Source of the DNA: Octopus vulgaris
Taxonomy: Eukaryota
DNA: 64,000 nucleotides
Direction: 5' to 3'
Assembly: GCA_951406725.2 (NCBI GenBank)
Contig: OX597816.1
Span: 16,740,001 to 16,804,000, forward strand
Shown here in pieces: positions 1-12,391 of this stretch. The number at the start of each line of letters is the position of its first letter. Positions within the stretch are counted from its first letter, which is position 1. The notes beneath the pieces are model-generated. The model saw only the letters and a program-made list of their open reading frames with translations, was not told the origin of the DNA and did no database searches. The position numbers and the translations under genes were made by a program.

Positions 1-385
1 GGACGCAAAGTGGCTAAGTTCCTTTCGAGTGATGGACCTCATGGCGGCAAAGTGGCTGAGTTCCTTTTGACTTCTAGGCCTCATGGAGGCAATGACTGAA
101 ACCTTTGGCATTATGTCATGATTGAGAAGCCCCTTCAAGCCGAGCAAAATTGCAGTTGTGGCACATACTGGTGTCACACAAATGGCACCCATGTTGGTGG
201 CACATAAAAGCACCCATTACACTCTTGGAGTGGTTGGCATTAGGATGGGCATCCAGCAGTAGAAAACCATGCCAAATCAGACTGGATTTGGCATGGTTTT
301 TCCAGCTTACCAGCCCTAGTCAAACTGTCCAACCCATGCCAGCATAGACAACAGACATATGATGATGATGATGATGATGATGATC
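1..385 (+). mobile_element. RTE-type LINE 3' UTR/tail (or RTE-tail SINE), cut by the window edge
   Basis: Contains the GGTGGCACATAAAAGCACCC...GAGTGGTTGGCATTAGGA.GGGCATCCAGC.GTAGAAA...TCCAACCCATGCCAGCAT motif seen about ten times in the window, followed by a (GAT)n tail at 360-385. Confidence 0.75.
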
Positions 386-519
386 TGAAGGACACAGTTC
401 TGAAGATTTGGGATTAAAATGAACTTATATAAAATATGGTAAGTGATGTGTCTTCCTGGGTGAGATGAATGATCATGAAAAGAAGTTCAGCTATTCATAA
501 AAGGCAATAATAAATATAA

Positions 520-685
520 ACAAGAGCTCTCAGAGAGTGCAAACCTCTGCCAAGGCAACACTCATGTCCTCTCAATGATTAGCCAGAGATGACTTTTAAA
601 ATGAGAATATCTGAAATAAACTCAACTACTCTCACAAGCGAGAATACTAAAAATGAACCCAACTGCTCTCAAAAATTAAGTAACA
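520..685. mobile_element. Possible end fragment of a non-autonomous Helentron/HINE-like element
   Basis: Starts AACAAGAGCT after an A-rich site, resembling the AACAAG termini of mollusc Helitron-related elements; two short internal repeats (AACTACTCTCA / AACTGCTCTCA). The other end was not found. Confidence 0.3.
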
Positions 686-906
686 AACCTGGAAAAAGGA
701 GTTTAATAAGGATTTTGCATCTCATTACAACTTCATTTTCTTCTTGATATTTTTTTCACAAAAATCAATTAGAATATAGTACTAATAACATATTTCCATT
801 TACTTTATCATATATACATGTTCAGCAAATGCAACACTGATTTTTTTTTTTCAAATATATAAGTGTAAAATTTGTAGCACCATGTTTTTATAAACAAACA
901 TTTTAT

Positions 907-1063
907 AGGAGTGGCTGTGTGGTAAGTAGCTTGCTAACCAACCACATGGTTCCGGGTTCAGTCCCACTGCGTGGCACCTTGGGCAAGTGTTTTCTACTAT
1001 AACCTCGAGCTGACCAAAGTCTTGTGAGTGGATTTGGTAGACAGAAACTGAAAGAAGCCTGTC

Positions 1064-1119
<56 letters not shown>

Positions 1120-1324
1120 ATGTTTGTGCATGTGTCTCCCAACATCGCTTGACATCGATGCTGGTGTGTTTATGTATCCCATAACTTAGCGGTTCGGCAA
1201 AAGAGACCGATAGAATAAGTACTAGGCTTCCAAAGAATAAGTCCTGGGGTCGATTTGCTTGACTAAAGGTGGTGCTCCAGCATAGCTGCAGTCAAAATGA
1301 CTGAAACGAATAAAAGAATAAAAG
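907..1324 (+). mobile_element. Full-length tRNA-derived SINE, family A (CORE-like body, internal microsatellite, CR1-type tail)
   Basis: A-box-like TGGCTGTGTGG, B-box-like GGTTCAGTCCC, ACCTTGGGCAAGT core-like motif, (TA)n(TG)n tract, tail GGTGCTCCAGCAT..CAGTCAAAATGACTGAAAC..(TAAAAGA)n; more than 10 copies in the window. Confidence 0.9.
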
Positions 1325-1585
1325 GCATTCTATAGTTAAAGTTATTAACCAGCATTTTATTTCTTCAATGTTATTTCTTGTTATAACGTTTATATTAAGA
1401 AAGATGGAATTTTTAATCTTTATCTGTTTTCCAGTACAAGTTAATACACAGATAACAATCATGTTTTCTGAGGATTTTAAAAAATCTTTTTGAAGAATCA
1501 CTCAAAACTGCAGGAAGAACGAAGTATACTATGTTCAAAATGTTGAGTATAAGATATCTTATGCTGCAGAGCTACTAAAATATGG

Positions 1586-1932
1586 CATCATCATCATAGT
1601 TTAACGTCCGTTTTCCATGTTAGCATGGGTTGGACAGTTCGACCGGGGTCTGGGAAGCCAGGAGGCTGCTATCCAAACTCCAGTCTGATCTGGCAGTGTT
1701 TCTACAGCTGGATGCCCTTCCTAACGCCAACCACTCCGTGAGTGTAGTGGGTGCTTTTCACGTGCCAGGCGAGGCTGGCAACGGCCACGATCAGTTGGTG
1801 CTTTTACATGCCACCGGCACGGAGGCCAGATGAGGCAGCGCTGGCAACGGCCACGTTCGGATGGATCTTTTTACGTGCCACCAGCACTGGTATCACAACT
1901 ACAATTTCCATTGACTTTTTGATCGATTTCGA
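1586..1932 (-). mobile_element. RTE-type 3' tail
   Basis: Reverse complement of the same tail; (CAT)n at 1586 then GTTTAACGTCCGTTTTCCATG.TAGCATGGGTTGGAC. Confidence 0.8.
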
Positions 1933-2789
1933 TCATGTAATACATATGCACACATGTACAAAATGATGTTGCCCTGATTCAAAGTTTGTGGCATGAAACT
2001 CTGAGTTGCAACAGAATGAAGCACCAAATGCCAACCAATAATTAATATCTCTGCAACATGCACTGAATACATTTTTTCCTTTGTAGACAAAAATGTGTGC
2101 GTGCGTGCATGCGTTCATGTGTGAGCTGAGAGGTAAATAGATATAGAAACACACACACACACAAATTTATAGACATGAAATATGAATAACTTTTTCTTTT
2201 CCATTCCTCTTGCAGCAGGCATTTTCACAAGGAGAGTTAATTAAATAATAATGCTCGTCATAACTAACATATTTTTCCAAATTATTTCTGTTGAATTCGT
2301 TTTAATCAATTAAGAACATTCAGCAAAATACTTGGCAGTATTCAATTCACATTGTGAGTTCAGATCCCACGGTGGAAAAGGCAATTACATCAAGTGAAAT
2401 TGGTAGCCTTGTGCCTGTATTAACCACCACTGCCACCACCACCACTGCTGCCACTACTACTACTACTACTACTACTACTATTGAAGATGGCAAAATGCTG
2501 GATGAATTTTTTTGTTCATTTAATGACTTTCTTTCACAACCATGGTTGAATTTGTATTACATAATTCTTGAGCCAATATCATAAACCCCCGAATGAATGA
2601 CAGAATCAATTTAATTGACAATACCTCTCACATTTGAATAAGTGTCAGTGTAAAAAAATCATTAGAGTTATTATTGAAGATTAAAGAACGGTAGGAATGG
2701 TAAAGTATTGAATTAAAAGTCTAACAGCATATAGTTTCATTGCTCTACATTCTGAGTTCAAATACCGTTGAAGTTAAATTTGTCTTTCG

Positions 2790-3155
2790 TTTTGGGATTT
2801 GGTTTACAAGATTCTTTATGTGAGTTCGTGTGTTGAAGCATATTCTGTTGTGTCTGGGAAGAGTCATTTTCTTTTTGTGCCTTATAATGTATCACACACA
2901 CAGGTAAAATTTCCACTTATTTCTTATTTTTATTTTCTTAAAATTTTCGTTGTGTCATGCAACCTTTTCAATAGTCTTGACTCTGTCCGTTATCATTTTT
3001 ATTTTCCTAAAATTTTTGTTGTCATGCAACCTTTTCAATAGTCTTGACTCTGTCCGTTATTATTTTTATTTTCCTAAAATTTTCGTTGCGTCTTGCAACC
3101 TTTTCAATAGGTTGCAAGACGTAATGAAAATGACTTTCCCCAGACACAACAGAAT
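2790..3155 (-). mobile_element. Penelope-like pseudo-LTR remnant with three tandem 67-69 bp units and a short inverted terminal copy
   Basis: Units end in CCTTTTCAATAG at 2974, 3041 and 3110; 3110-3155 is an inverted copy of 3078-3100 plus 2842-2870. Partial tandem plus inverted repeats is the typical Penelope insertion structure. Confidence 0.65.
3074..3110 (-). ncRNA. Minimal type I hammerhead ribozyme motif, U3:A8 core variant
   Basis: Minus strand reads CUA-UUGAAAA-G-GUUGC aagac GCAAC-GAAA-AU-UU-UAG: helix I CUA/UAG, helix II 5 bp, palindromic AAAAUUUU in place of helix III. Confidence 0.55.
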
Positions 3156-4452
3156 TAAATTTGTCTATCTTCTGTCTAAAGGTGAAATAAATAGTAGGCA
3201 GGTACTAAAGATTATACAACTATACTCTTATCTTATAACTATGAAGCCTTGTGTGCCAATGTGAGAAATTATTATTATTATTATTATCAGACTAATAATA
3301 AAAGCACGTTCAATTAGTGCTAATTTGTTTATAGTATTCAACATTTAAAGTATTCTGTTACATTTCCAAATGTCACTAAGGTTGATTTTGTTGTTCATAT
3401 CTCTGGGATAAAGTAAATACGGCTCATACATTAAGATATAATATTTCTTTGCCTTTATATTAATTACTTGCGAAATTGGCTTTCTGTTTAGTCAAATACG
3501 ATAGCATTCAAGTAAGATTTTTTATTAAATTTCTGTTATGAAATAGTGATAGCAGCTCTGAAGAGAATGTGAATATTCAATAATTTCCTAGCAAATAGTG
3601 GAGCAAAAGTAATTGAATCTTCATGAATTAAAAAGATAGTAATAGTATCAATAATATCTGAAGTTCAAGTATTTTTTTTTTAGGGAATGTTGCATCAGCA
3701 TCCTAAGCTAATTGACTTGATATGAGGTTTCAAAACGAAAAGGTTTATCATTGTCATATAAAAGCCACTTGACTTTATTTTGCCACTTGCAAAGATGGTA
3801 ATCGATACAGAGAAATATGATTAGGAGAGATCTTTTCACTTAGAGTAAAAGACATTCTTTCAAGAGGTACAAACAGAAATAATTTTATGATAGGATTAAA
3901 GGAGTATTTTGTAGACTAATTGAAGAGTTGTTATTATTGGTCTGACTAATATCAGATAATATTACTTTAGAAATGTTTGGTACTAGAATTGTTCAAGGAT
4001 TGTATAGATACATTGATACAGGAAGATAAAGATTTCTTTGATCTAAGTTAACATCTGTTGTGATGCGGATATGGTACAATGGTTAAAAGATACTATTAGA
4101 AGTTATAGGAAATTATGTTATTTACATACACACATACAAACACACAAATATAGGTGTGTATGTGTGTGTGTTCATGCACACATATGCACATGAATATACA
4201 CATGCACATACACACATATACAGATACAGAGTGATGGATAAACAAATATATATACCCTCACACACGCACATATATATATGCATACGACATAATTTCTTTC
4301 TACTATTTCAACACAACATAATTTACTCCAAGGTGTGCGTGGAAGACACCTATCCAAGTTGTCCAAGGTACTGTACTGTTGTGTTGAACCCAACTCCAAA
4401 TATATGTACACACACACACATATACCCAATCACCCAGCTACACTCCATATAT

Positions 4453-4560
4453 ATATCACGTGATCATGTGACCGACCAGGCTAACAGACGTTGCTACACA
4501 TCACTGGTCACAATGCATTTCGCATTACTTTAGCCTTCAAATGACACCCCCCTGCTGGCT
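4453..4560 (-). mobile_element. Short LINE 3' tail (probably a second RTE-type family) inside a (TA)n tract
   Basis: GC-richer block ending on the minus strand in GGTCGGTCACATGATCACGTGA, flanked by TA repeats. Confidence 0.45.
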
Positions 4561-4794
4561 ATATATATGTATATATATAAAGAGGTATTAATAAGGGATT
4601 ATCAGTCTGGAGCAAAATACTTCTTAAGCTAATACAAATACACCAGGCTAACAAAAGATTTTTTGATTGGTATAGAATTCCAGGTAATCCTGAGGTAAGA
4701 TCCAAAGTCAAAGTCCATCCCCAGTTGACTTAGTAAATTCATGGTTGCATTACCATTATTTTTGCTTTTCTTGTGTGTGTGTGTGCGTGCACAC

Positions 4795-4970
4795 ACATTA
4801 CCCACTACACATTCTTTATTTTCTCTCCCTCTTTCTTTCTGTGTTCCTTCCTGTCGAAGTGCATAGGCTCGAAACATTAAAGACGTTTTCACTTCCTGAG
4901 CATTAAACTAATACATCTGTTTGTTGTCTACACCACCTGTCTTCGTCTTTTGTTTTTTTGTGAATTCTCC

Positions 4971-5019
<49 letters not shown>

Positions 5020-5170
5020 CAAGAATAATAATAAGGAGAGCAAGTCAAGGTAAAAGAAATATGAAAAAGCAGAGTGTATTAGGTTGATGCTCAGGAAAAC
5101 TGGAAGAAGTCATTAACATTTCAAGTATATACTTCTCTACAGGAAGGATAGATAGGAATTGGACAGTCAC
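4795..5170. mobile_element. Two diverged Penelope-like pseudo-LTR fragments in inverted orientation around a (TA)n tract
   Basis: Plus copy 4795-4975 has CTGTCGA-A-GTGC atag GCTC-GAAAC (decayed hammerhead, 4851-4880); minus copy 5020-5170 has the homologous CTGTAGAGAAGTATATACTTGAAATGTTAA; related to 50655-50870. Confidence 0.6.
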
Positions 5171-5188
5171 TGCATGTTGAAAATGCAA

Positions 5189-5285
<97 letters not shown>

Positions 5286-7423
5286 CACACATATATACAA
5301 CTTTATCATTATCACTTTCAGCTTGGAGCTTGTCCTTGCATCTTAGCCATGATCTGAAGACATCACTTATGAAAGACATCAAGCTGATTGGTATGTGGTC
5401 TACACACACAATTCATGTATGTCTATATTATATGTTTGAATTAAAATTTTGAAAGAACGGGTTTCAATTTACAGCAAAAATGATTCCTCACCAGATGTGG
5501 ACATTTTAGCTTTCTTCAAAATATATTTTAATGTTATCATCGATGTTATTATTTTTGTCATGGTACGAGTTCATATGTTACACAACAAAGAAGTGAAAAA
5601 GTGAAAAATGTTTAACTTTGTAAAAGAAAAAAAAATGTGAAAGACTTTTCCCAGTCAAAAAAGTAAGTGCTTGTCTTGGCAAATACTTTCTTAGAAACAT
5701 GACAGTTTTATTTATGGCATGACATCGTACTTCTCCTCAGTACATGGAAAATGAATACATAGCAGAATAGCAGATGGCCAACTTTACTTTATTGATGGTT
5801 ATAGATCTTTACAATACCAAATAGAAGCACCTCAACATTTAGAATGTTTGCTTAATATGATGAACACAATACACAAAAAATTATTGTTTAGCACAACCTA
5901 TATTCTGGACAACATAAAAATATATTTACAAGAGTTGGAATAGGCATGCACAACCAGAAACTAATATATTTATCTGTAAATATGAATTATAATTCACATG
6001 AAGCACTGGCATCAGGCAATTCAATTTTCTTACAAACACTGAAATAACTGATGAATTTATTGATGCAAATAGTCTCTCTATAAAACACAGGAGTGTCATA
6101 ATTTATCCAAGAAATGCATCCCCGACAAGGATCTTAGTTTTCTTTTGTTATTCTGGCTCAGTGTGTCACTCCCTTTTCACTCTCCTTTATTCTCTAACGT
6201 TGAGCTTAGATTGTACAATAAGAAGTAGTGCGTTGCAAAACAATGTCCCTTGCTAATGCTGGCATACAGAGGTGACCGCTCAATGCATGCATGCATCAAG
6301 GTTTAAGGATATTGTTTACAGTTTATAAGATTCAAATATCTCAACTGTAAGTTGAATAATCCAATGAACTGATGGATCACATTACATCTACAGAGGAATA
6401 TTTGTTTGTTCATTTTACACCCACTTTTCCCTGCGTGCAGAGGTTGGATGCATGTATTGAAGTATTGTTTTAAAGACAAATGCCCTTCCTATAAATAATC
6501 CCTAATTGCTTTCAAAGTAAAGGATCAATTATTTCACACAACTGCAAAGGTATGAAGTGTCTAGAGGATGTGTTGACAGGAGAAACTGACAACAATGCTA
6601 CATGCTGCACTTATGTACAACAAGTTGCAAATGTAAACAAACTCATACAAATATATATACATACATACATATATATATACACACGGATTTACACACACAA
6701 ATATGAATATATATATATACACACAAGCATACATATTTACATGTGCAGACATATATACATACACTCAAATACACACAATGGTCATTCTTCCTTTTCTTTT
6801 TACCAAAGGCATCCATAGGGCCTTGGTTGGTCCAGGGCTACAGTAGAAGTACAATAAGACAGAACCTACAATCATATAACTAGGAGACAAACTTCTCAAC
6901 TAAATTATTATACGGTCACTAGCACTATAAGTTTATAATTCCTAATTTTTTAATACCCTCAATCCATCTCTACCTCATTAACATATGATCTTTAAAATAA
7001 TGTAGCAGTGTTATGGAGATATATGAATTTATGCATCAAAACAAGAAAAATCTTTTAATCATGGAATTTCCAAGAGTCTGCTAATTATTATAACTATTTT
7101 AATAGTCATTTGTTAATAATGGCATAAGCCAAGGTGTTAGTAAAAGAGCATCTCTCAAAGTGTTTTGATGACGAATCATCTTAGCAATTAAGTGAAATGT
7201 TAACATGCAGGATTTTCAAAGTCCTTCAAAGATTTTCCTATATTATGAATCATATTTTTGTTTTTCAAACAGTTTGTGTAATGTATTTCTGTTGCATATT
7301 CATGTCAGTATAGTTATCTTTGATGTGCACATCAGTGAATGTTTTTGATACCAGAGCAAACAGAGGTGTCTTTATACATTTACACATTTACACTCTACAC
7401 GACTTGAGAGATACCTGAATATG

Positions 7424-7469
<46 letters not shown>

Positions 7470-7519
7470 GAAAGAGCGTGTGAGTGTGTGTGTGTGTGTG
7501 CAAGGATGAGTGTGCATTT

Positions 7520-7695
7520 ATGAGGTTTGCTTCCCAACCACATGGTGTCAGGTTCAGCTCTGCTGTGTAGCACTTTCAACAATTGTCATCCTCTATACCC
7601 TTGGGCTGACTAAAAGTTTTTGAATGGATTTGGTTGACAGAAACCAAAAGAATTTAATCATATATGACAGAAACCGAAAGAATCTGAACATATAT
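7520..7695 (+). mobile_element. SINE family A, 5' half, decayed
   Basis: TTTGCTTCCCAACCACATGG..GGTTCAG..GGATTTGGTTGACAGAAAC; ends in a 30-bp tandem duplication. Confidence 0.7.
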
Positions 7696-7697
7696 AT

Positions 7698-9005
7698 ACA
7701 AAGAGGTACCCAAAAGAAACCAGAATTCTGCAATATTATTTTATTCCCTTAACTTTACAGGTTTACAATTTTATCGCTTTTAAACTATTCTCCATTTGAA
7801 GCAGTGCATCAGTCCAGATGCATTTTCCACTGTTTAAAACAGTCCTGGAACTCTTGCGAACTGATACCTTTCAACATCTCTGTTGTTTCTTTCTTTACTT
7901 CTTGTACTTCTGCAAAATGTTTACCTTTAGGGACTTTTTCCATTCGGGAGAACAAAAAAAGTTGCAGGGAGCAAAATTGGGTGAATAAAGAGGGTGCGTA
8001 AGTGGAGTCATACCATTTTTGGTCAAAAATTGTCTCACACTCAAAGCGATGTGTACAGGAGCATTATCATGATGAAACCACCACTCGCCATTTTTGCCAC
8101 AGGTCGGAGTGTTTTCATCTCACCACATCCTGCAAATGCTTCAGACCTGCCAAATAAAATTTCTGGTTAACAGTTTGACCAGAAGAAGCAAATTCTGTGT
8201 GGACAATTCCTTTCACATTGATGAAACAAACCAACATCGTCTTGACATTAGACTATATTTGATGTGCTCTTTTGGTGCATAGTGACATTGAATGCTTCCA
8301 TTGACTTGATTGCTACTTCGTTTCTGAGTTGTAGCCATAGCTATTTGTAGCGAGCATCTTTCATCACCAGTGATGACCTTCGAAAAAAGGTCTGGATCAA
8401 CTTCCACCTGTTCTTTCAGTTCACGACATGCATTCAGTTGTGACTGCTTTTGAGGCACAAATTTTGCTGCAACTATTTTTATTCACAATTCCTCACTCAA
8501 AATTCATTGGCAAGACCTCCAGAACAGACCAGTCATATTAACAAGTTTGTCAATTGTTTGGTGTCAGTCCTCCAAGATCAGTACACAAATTTTGACAATG
8601 TTTTCATTTGCTCAGGAGGTTGACATCTGCCCTGAATGAGGTTGGTCTTCAAGCGACAAGAGACCATTCCTAAAGCATGAAAACCACTCAACTTGTGTTT
8701 AGCTTAGCGTCCTTGTAATAATCTGTTTGAGGCATGACAACTGTTTCAGTTGTCGTTTTCCCCAGCAAGAAACAGAATTTCATGGAAGTATACTGTTCCT
8801 TTGTTTCAGCTATTGCAAAATTCAACAGACAGGGGAGAAGCACTACAAAACAGAGCTGCATCACATGGCAGTATGACTGGATTTGATGCTGCTGGTTGGC
8901 AGACTAATGCTTGAGGGTCACATCAAGTGGCTTCTAGCAGTGGAAGCCTGAACTACAACAGGCTTGTCCCACAGAGAACGTTTATGGTTAATTCTGGGTA
9001 ACCCC
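7698..9005 (-). mobile_element. Decayed mariner transposon (about 1.3 kb) with disrupted transposase
   Basis: Minus-strand translations give KVITGDE (ORF 8213-8458), HHDNAPVH (about 8050-8073) and HPLYSPNFAPCNFFLF (about 7950-7997); eroded TIRs GAGGTACCCAAAAGAAACCAGAA / TTATGGTTAATTCTGGGTAACCCC. Confidence 0.85.
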
Positions 9006-9077
9006 ATCATCATCATCATCCTTGTTTCACGTCTGCCTTCCATGCTGGATATTTCAAGGCATGGCAGCTCACCACCT

Positions 9078-9310
9078 GAGCTGGCAGAAACGTTAGCACG
9101 CCGGGTGAAATGCGTAGCCGTATTTCGTCTGTCAATACATTCCGAGTTTAAATTCCGCCGAGGTCCACTTTGCCTTTCATCCTTTCGGGGTCGATAAATT
9201 AAGTACCGGTTACGAAATGGGGTCGATATAATCGACTTAATCCGTTTGTCTGTCCTTGTTTGTCCCCTCTGTGTTTAGCCCCTTGTGGGTAGTAAAGAAA
9301 TAGGTATTTC
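9078..9310 (+). mobile_element. tRNA-derived SINE family B (Deu/Nin-domain-like), inserted in an RTE tail fragment
   Basis: GAGCTGGCAGAAACGTTAGC head, GAGTTTAAATTCC B-box-like, GAGGTCCACTTTGCCTTTCATCCTTTCGGGGTCGATAAATTAAGTACC domain. Confidence 0.85.
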
Positions 9311-11141
9311 ATGGCATGGGTATGAAACAGCTAGCCATATTCTTGGTGCAACAAAAAGGGACCTTGCAACAGAATATCCAAGTTCATTCACTTACGTCTT
9401 TACAGAGTGAAGATCATAAGTGATGTAGAGAAGTGATAAGGGATATGTATGATAGAGGGATGATTAGAAGAGGGCCTCAATTTTCTATGATAGGTACATA
9501 TATACCAAAGGCAATATAAGAGCATAAAACACTGATAGAATGTAATGTCATCCAGGAGATAGAGTGCTAACAGAGACCCAGGATGTAAGGAAGATCAGAA
9601 AAGCAGAATGAAATAGGATGATGACATAACAGAAGAGGATAAATGTAGAATGTCCTGGGTACAGCTGGTTTTATGTATTCTCTTATGCCTACATTTTGGG
9701 ATGAGCCAATAATAAGAGCAAAAATAAGGGCAGCAATGAAAGTGATGACAAGGATAATAGATAGTTGGCAAGGTTTGGGCCAATTAGTGGCAGAAATGAT
9801 TGACGGTCAGCGGTGGTGTTAAGACTGAGAGAAAAATAAATAGTAAGGAAATGAGAAGGCGTGAAATTGTGTAGGAGGCAGGAATAGTAGTTTACTATAC
9901 ATTTATACACACAATTGCACACATACTCACATGTGTGTGTGCACCATATGTGCATATGTATAATATTATCTAAGTTTACATCAATATACTATTTTTGTAA
10001 CTTTTGATTGAATGTGCTTGCTCTGCTAATTGAGTCACCTGTGGCCAAGACTTCAACACTACATATTGCCAGGTAATATGATCGCTTGTCATCACCTTGT
10101 TGTGACCAGTTTCTACCACTTTGTATCAAGTCTTTCTTGCTCTCTCTCTCTCTCATTGTGTGTGTGTTCATGAATGTGTATGTGTAATAATAGCGCTTCT
10201 CATACTTCCAAATTAAATATTTACTTTGAAAAAATTATGTATACTGTAACATAGATACATCAGTTTTATTTTCCAAATAAGGAAACTATAAACACCAAAT
10301 ACTTATAAAACTTTCACTTGGCTTCACAGTATATTTTCCCCAAACAGAATATAAATTATTAAGAATAAAGAAATGAATTAACAAACTAATTTTGAAAGTT
10401 TTAGAAAAGTTTTATCAATGAAGCATTACTAGTGAAATTTTAAGATATATCCTCATTACTTTTCCACAAGATTTTATGCAAGAATATAATGTAATGAGGG
10501 TGGTTTCAATAATTTGTTCAATATGTAGTGCTTATTCACCATATTTCACATCTCTGTTCTTCAGTGAAGATTGCATTATTTCACTTGAGTAATTAATAAT
10601 TTCAATCAGGATAAATTAAAATGACTAAAATTGAATTAGTATAAGTTACCAATATATAATCATATTACGAGACTTCACCTTTGCATATATTAGACTCTAT
10701 CCCATGTAAGACATGTTTAACTCTATGGATAGACGTATAACTACTACATAGATATGTCAATTAGAGAAAATTATTTTCGCATTGGCTTCAGATGGGGTAG
10801 CATGCAAATAAGTAATTGAAAGGAATAGAAGCCCCTGAAGAGGAGGGAGACAGAAGAGAGGGGGGATCTGAATTTCTGTGGGCCAGAGGCTGTAATGCAT
10901 GGATGAGGAAGTATTTGTTATTCAGTTGGATGACTTGTGCTTTGGGTTTGCTCTAAAATGTTTCTGTTTGCTACACATACAAACATTCTAATAAGGGAGA
11001 AGTACCCCATCATAGGTCTCTGATCGGTTTTGCTTTTAGTAACGACAAACTAAACACAAACTATTTACAATTCCTTTAACTCTTTTAAAACTGACTTGCC
11101 TGAGATTGCCCTTTGTTGTATGATACAAACTTCTTGTTTAG

Positions 11142-11479
11142 CCCTTTTGATACCAACCTGCCTGAGACCACCTCTGGCTCTCTAGTAGAAATGCCTTGTT
11201 TTCCTAAATTCTGAATTTAGAAAACCATAGCCACAATTTATGTTCCTAACACTAGCTTCTACCAAACCATAGCCACAATTTATGTTCCTAACACTAGCTT
11301 CTACCAAACCATAGCCACAATTTATGTTCCTAACACTAGCTTCTACCAAACCATAGCCACAATTTATGTTCCTAACACCAGCTTAATGATAACTAAGTTA
11401 TTTTACTAAATTCTTTGTTATATTTAAAATAATTGAAAGAAACAAAGAGCATCACAACAGAAATATGGTAACAAAAGGG
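11142..11479 (+). mobile_element. Younger TTAA-flanked (piggyBac-like) MITE nested in a relative
   Basis: TIRs CCCTTTTGATACC / GGTAACAAAAGGG, flanked by TTAG and TTAA. Confidence 0.8.
11222..11384. repeat. 42-bp tandem repeat, about 3.9 copies
   Basis: Unit AAACCATAGCCACAATTTATGTTCCTAACACTAGCTTCTACC at 11222, 11264, 11306 and partially 11348. Confidence 0.95.
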
Positions 11480-12001
11480 TTAAAGGGATCTGAATTAGAA
11501 TTTTCCTTTCAAATTTCATATTAAGTTATGCTTCAAAAACCATTTAAATAGTGGTTAATTTATTTATTGTATTCATTATTAGTTTCAAAATTAATTGAAA
11601 CAAAGGCAGAATGTTTTAATAGAAATAAGGTAACAAAAGAGTTAAAACCAGGGAATATTTTACTATTCCAGCCTGAAAGTGTTAATGTACAAGAGCAGCT
11701 CAGAATTGAACTTTATATTTTCAAAGAAGTGAAATAAAATTTCTGTTAATTAATGGATGACAAACTCATATCCATAGAGATAGCAAACAATAAATTTGTT
11801 CCTGAAAATATTCTCCACAAATTTTGATAGTGATTTGTGTAAATAAATATTACAAGGGATGAAACACCACAGTTGAGATTCATTTTAATATTCACTTGAA
11901 AACAATGTAGTTTTACAATCAAAGTAATATTACATTAGTGTCTGGTTGAAACGGTAACATAGCAGAGTTTATAGATTTTAAATTTATCCATTTAAATTCT
12001 A

Positions 12002-12391
12002 GGATCTTTTCAGCTTGAACGGCAGTTTTTTCACCCGTAATTATGACCCTAGTATTGATCTATTGCATTTCAATCTGTTTTAGGGTTAGGGTTGGGGGAA
12101 AGGGTATCTTTTTTTTCTTCACAAATGTAAATAAACCCAATCTGTTTCTTAAACGAGGGACATATTCATACGGCACAGAATGTTTTCACCTCAATAGACG
12201 TCATTGATTGGTTGAAATTGCACAAATTGAAGAAAAAACAACAACAAATATCTTACAAACAATAGAATTTTCTCAATAAAGCCAAGAGAAAAAGTTGCTT
12301 TATAAACACATTCTACCAGTATATGAAGTTTAAAAGTGTTTAGTTACATGGAAATTATTTTTAAAAACTGCCGTTCAAACCAAAAAGATCC
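12002..12391. mobile_element. MITE with about 30-bp TIRs and 8-bp TSD (GG termini, Merlin-like)
   Basis: TIRs GGATCTTTTCAGCTTGAACGGCAGTTTTT / AAAAACTGCCGTTCAAACCAAAAAGATCC; TSD AAATTCTA at 11994-12001 and 12392-12399. Confidence 0.9.

Larger units (their letters stand above)
11080..11641 (+). mobile_element. Older TTAA-flanked (piggyBac-like) MITE, outer element
   Basis: TTAA|CTCTTTT at 11076 and GGTAACAAAAGAG|TTAA at 11629-11645; internal sequence homologous to the inner copy. Confidence 0.7.

Noticed and set aside
4156-6818. YIYIYI, HTHTHT and VCVCVC ORFs (also 20063-20485 and 56399-56805)
   Set aside because: Translations of dinucleotide microsatellites
10800-10960. Octamer ATGCAAAT followed by a purine-rich tract
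   Set aside because: A single 8-mer is expected by chance in 64 kb of AT-rich DNA; no snRNA or promoter context seen
11222-11384. Regular repeats resembling a CRISPR array (also 2925-3110)
   Set aside because: Head-to-tail units with no unique spacers, eukaryotic context, no cas genes
12080-12098. Telomere or chromosome-fusion site
   Set aside because: Only two perfect TTAGGG units, internal to a MITE
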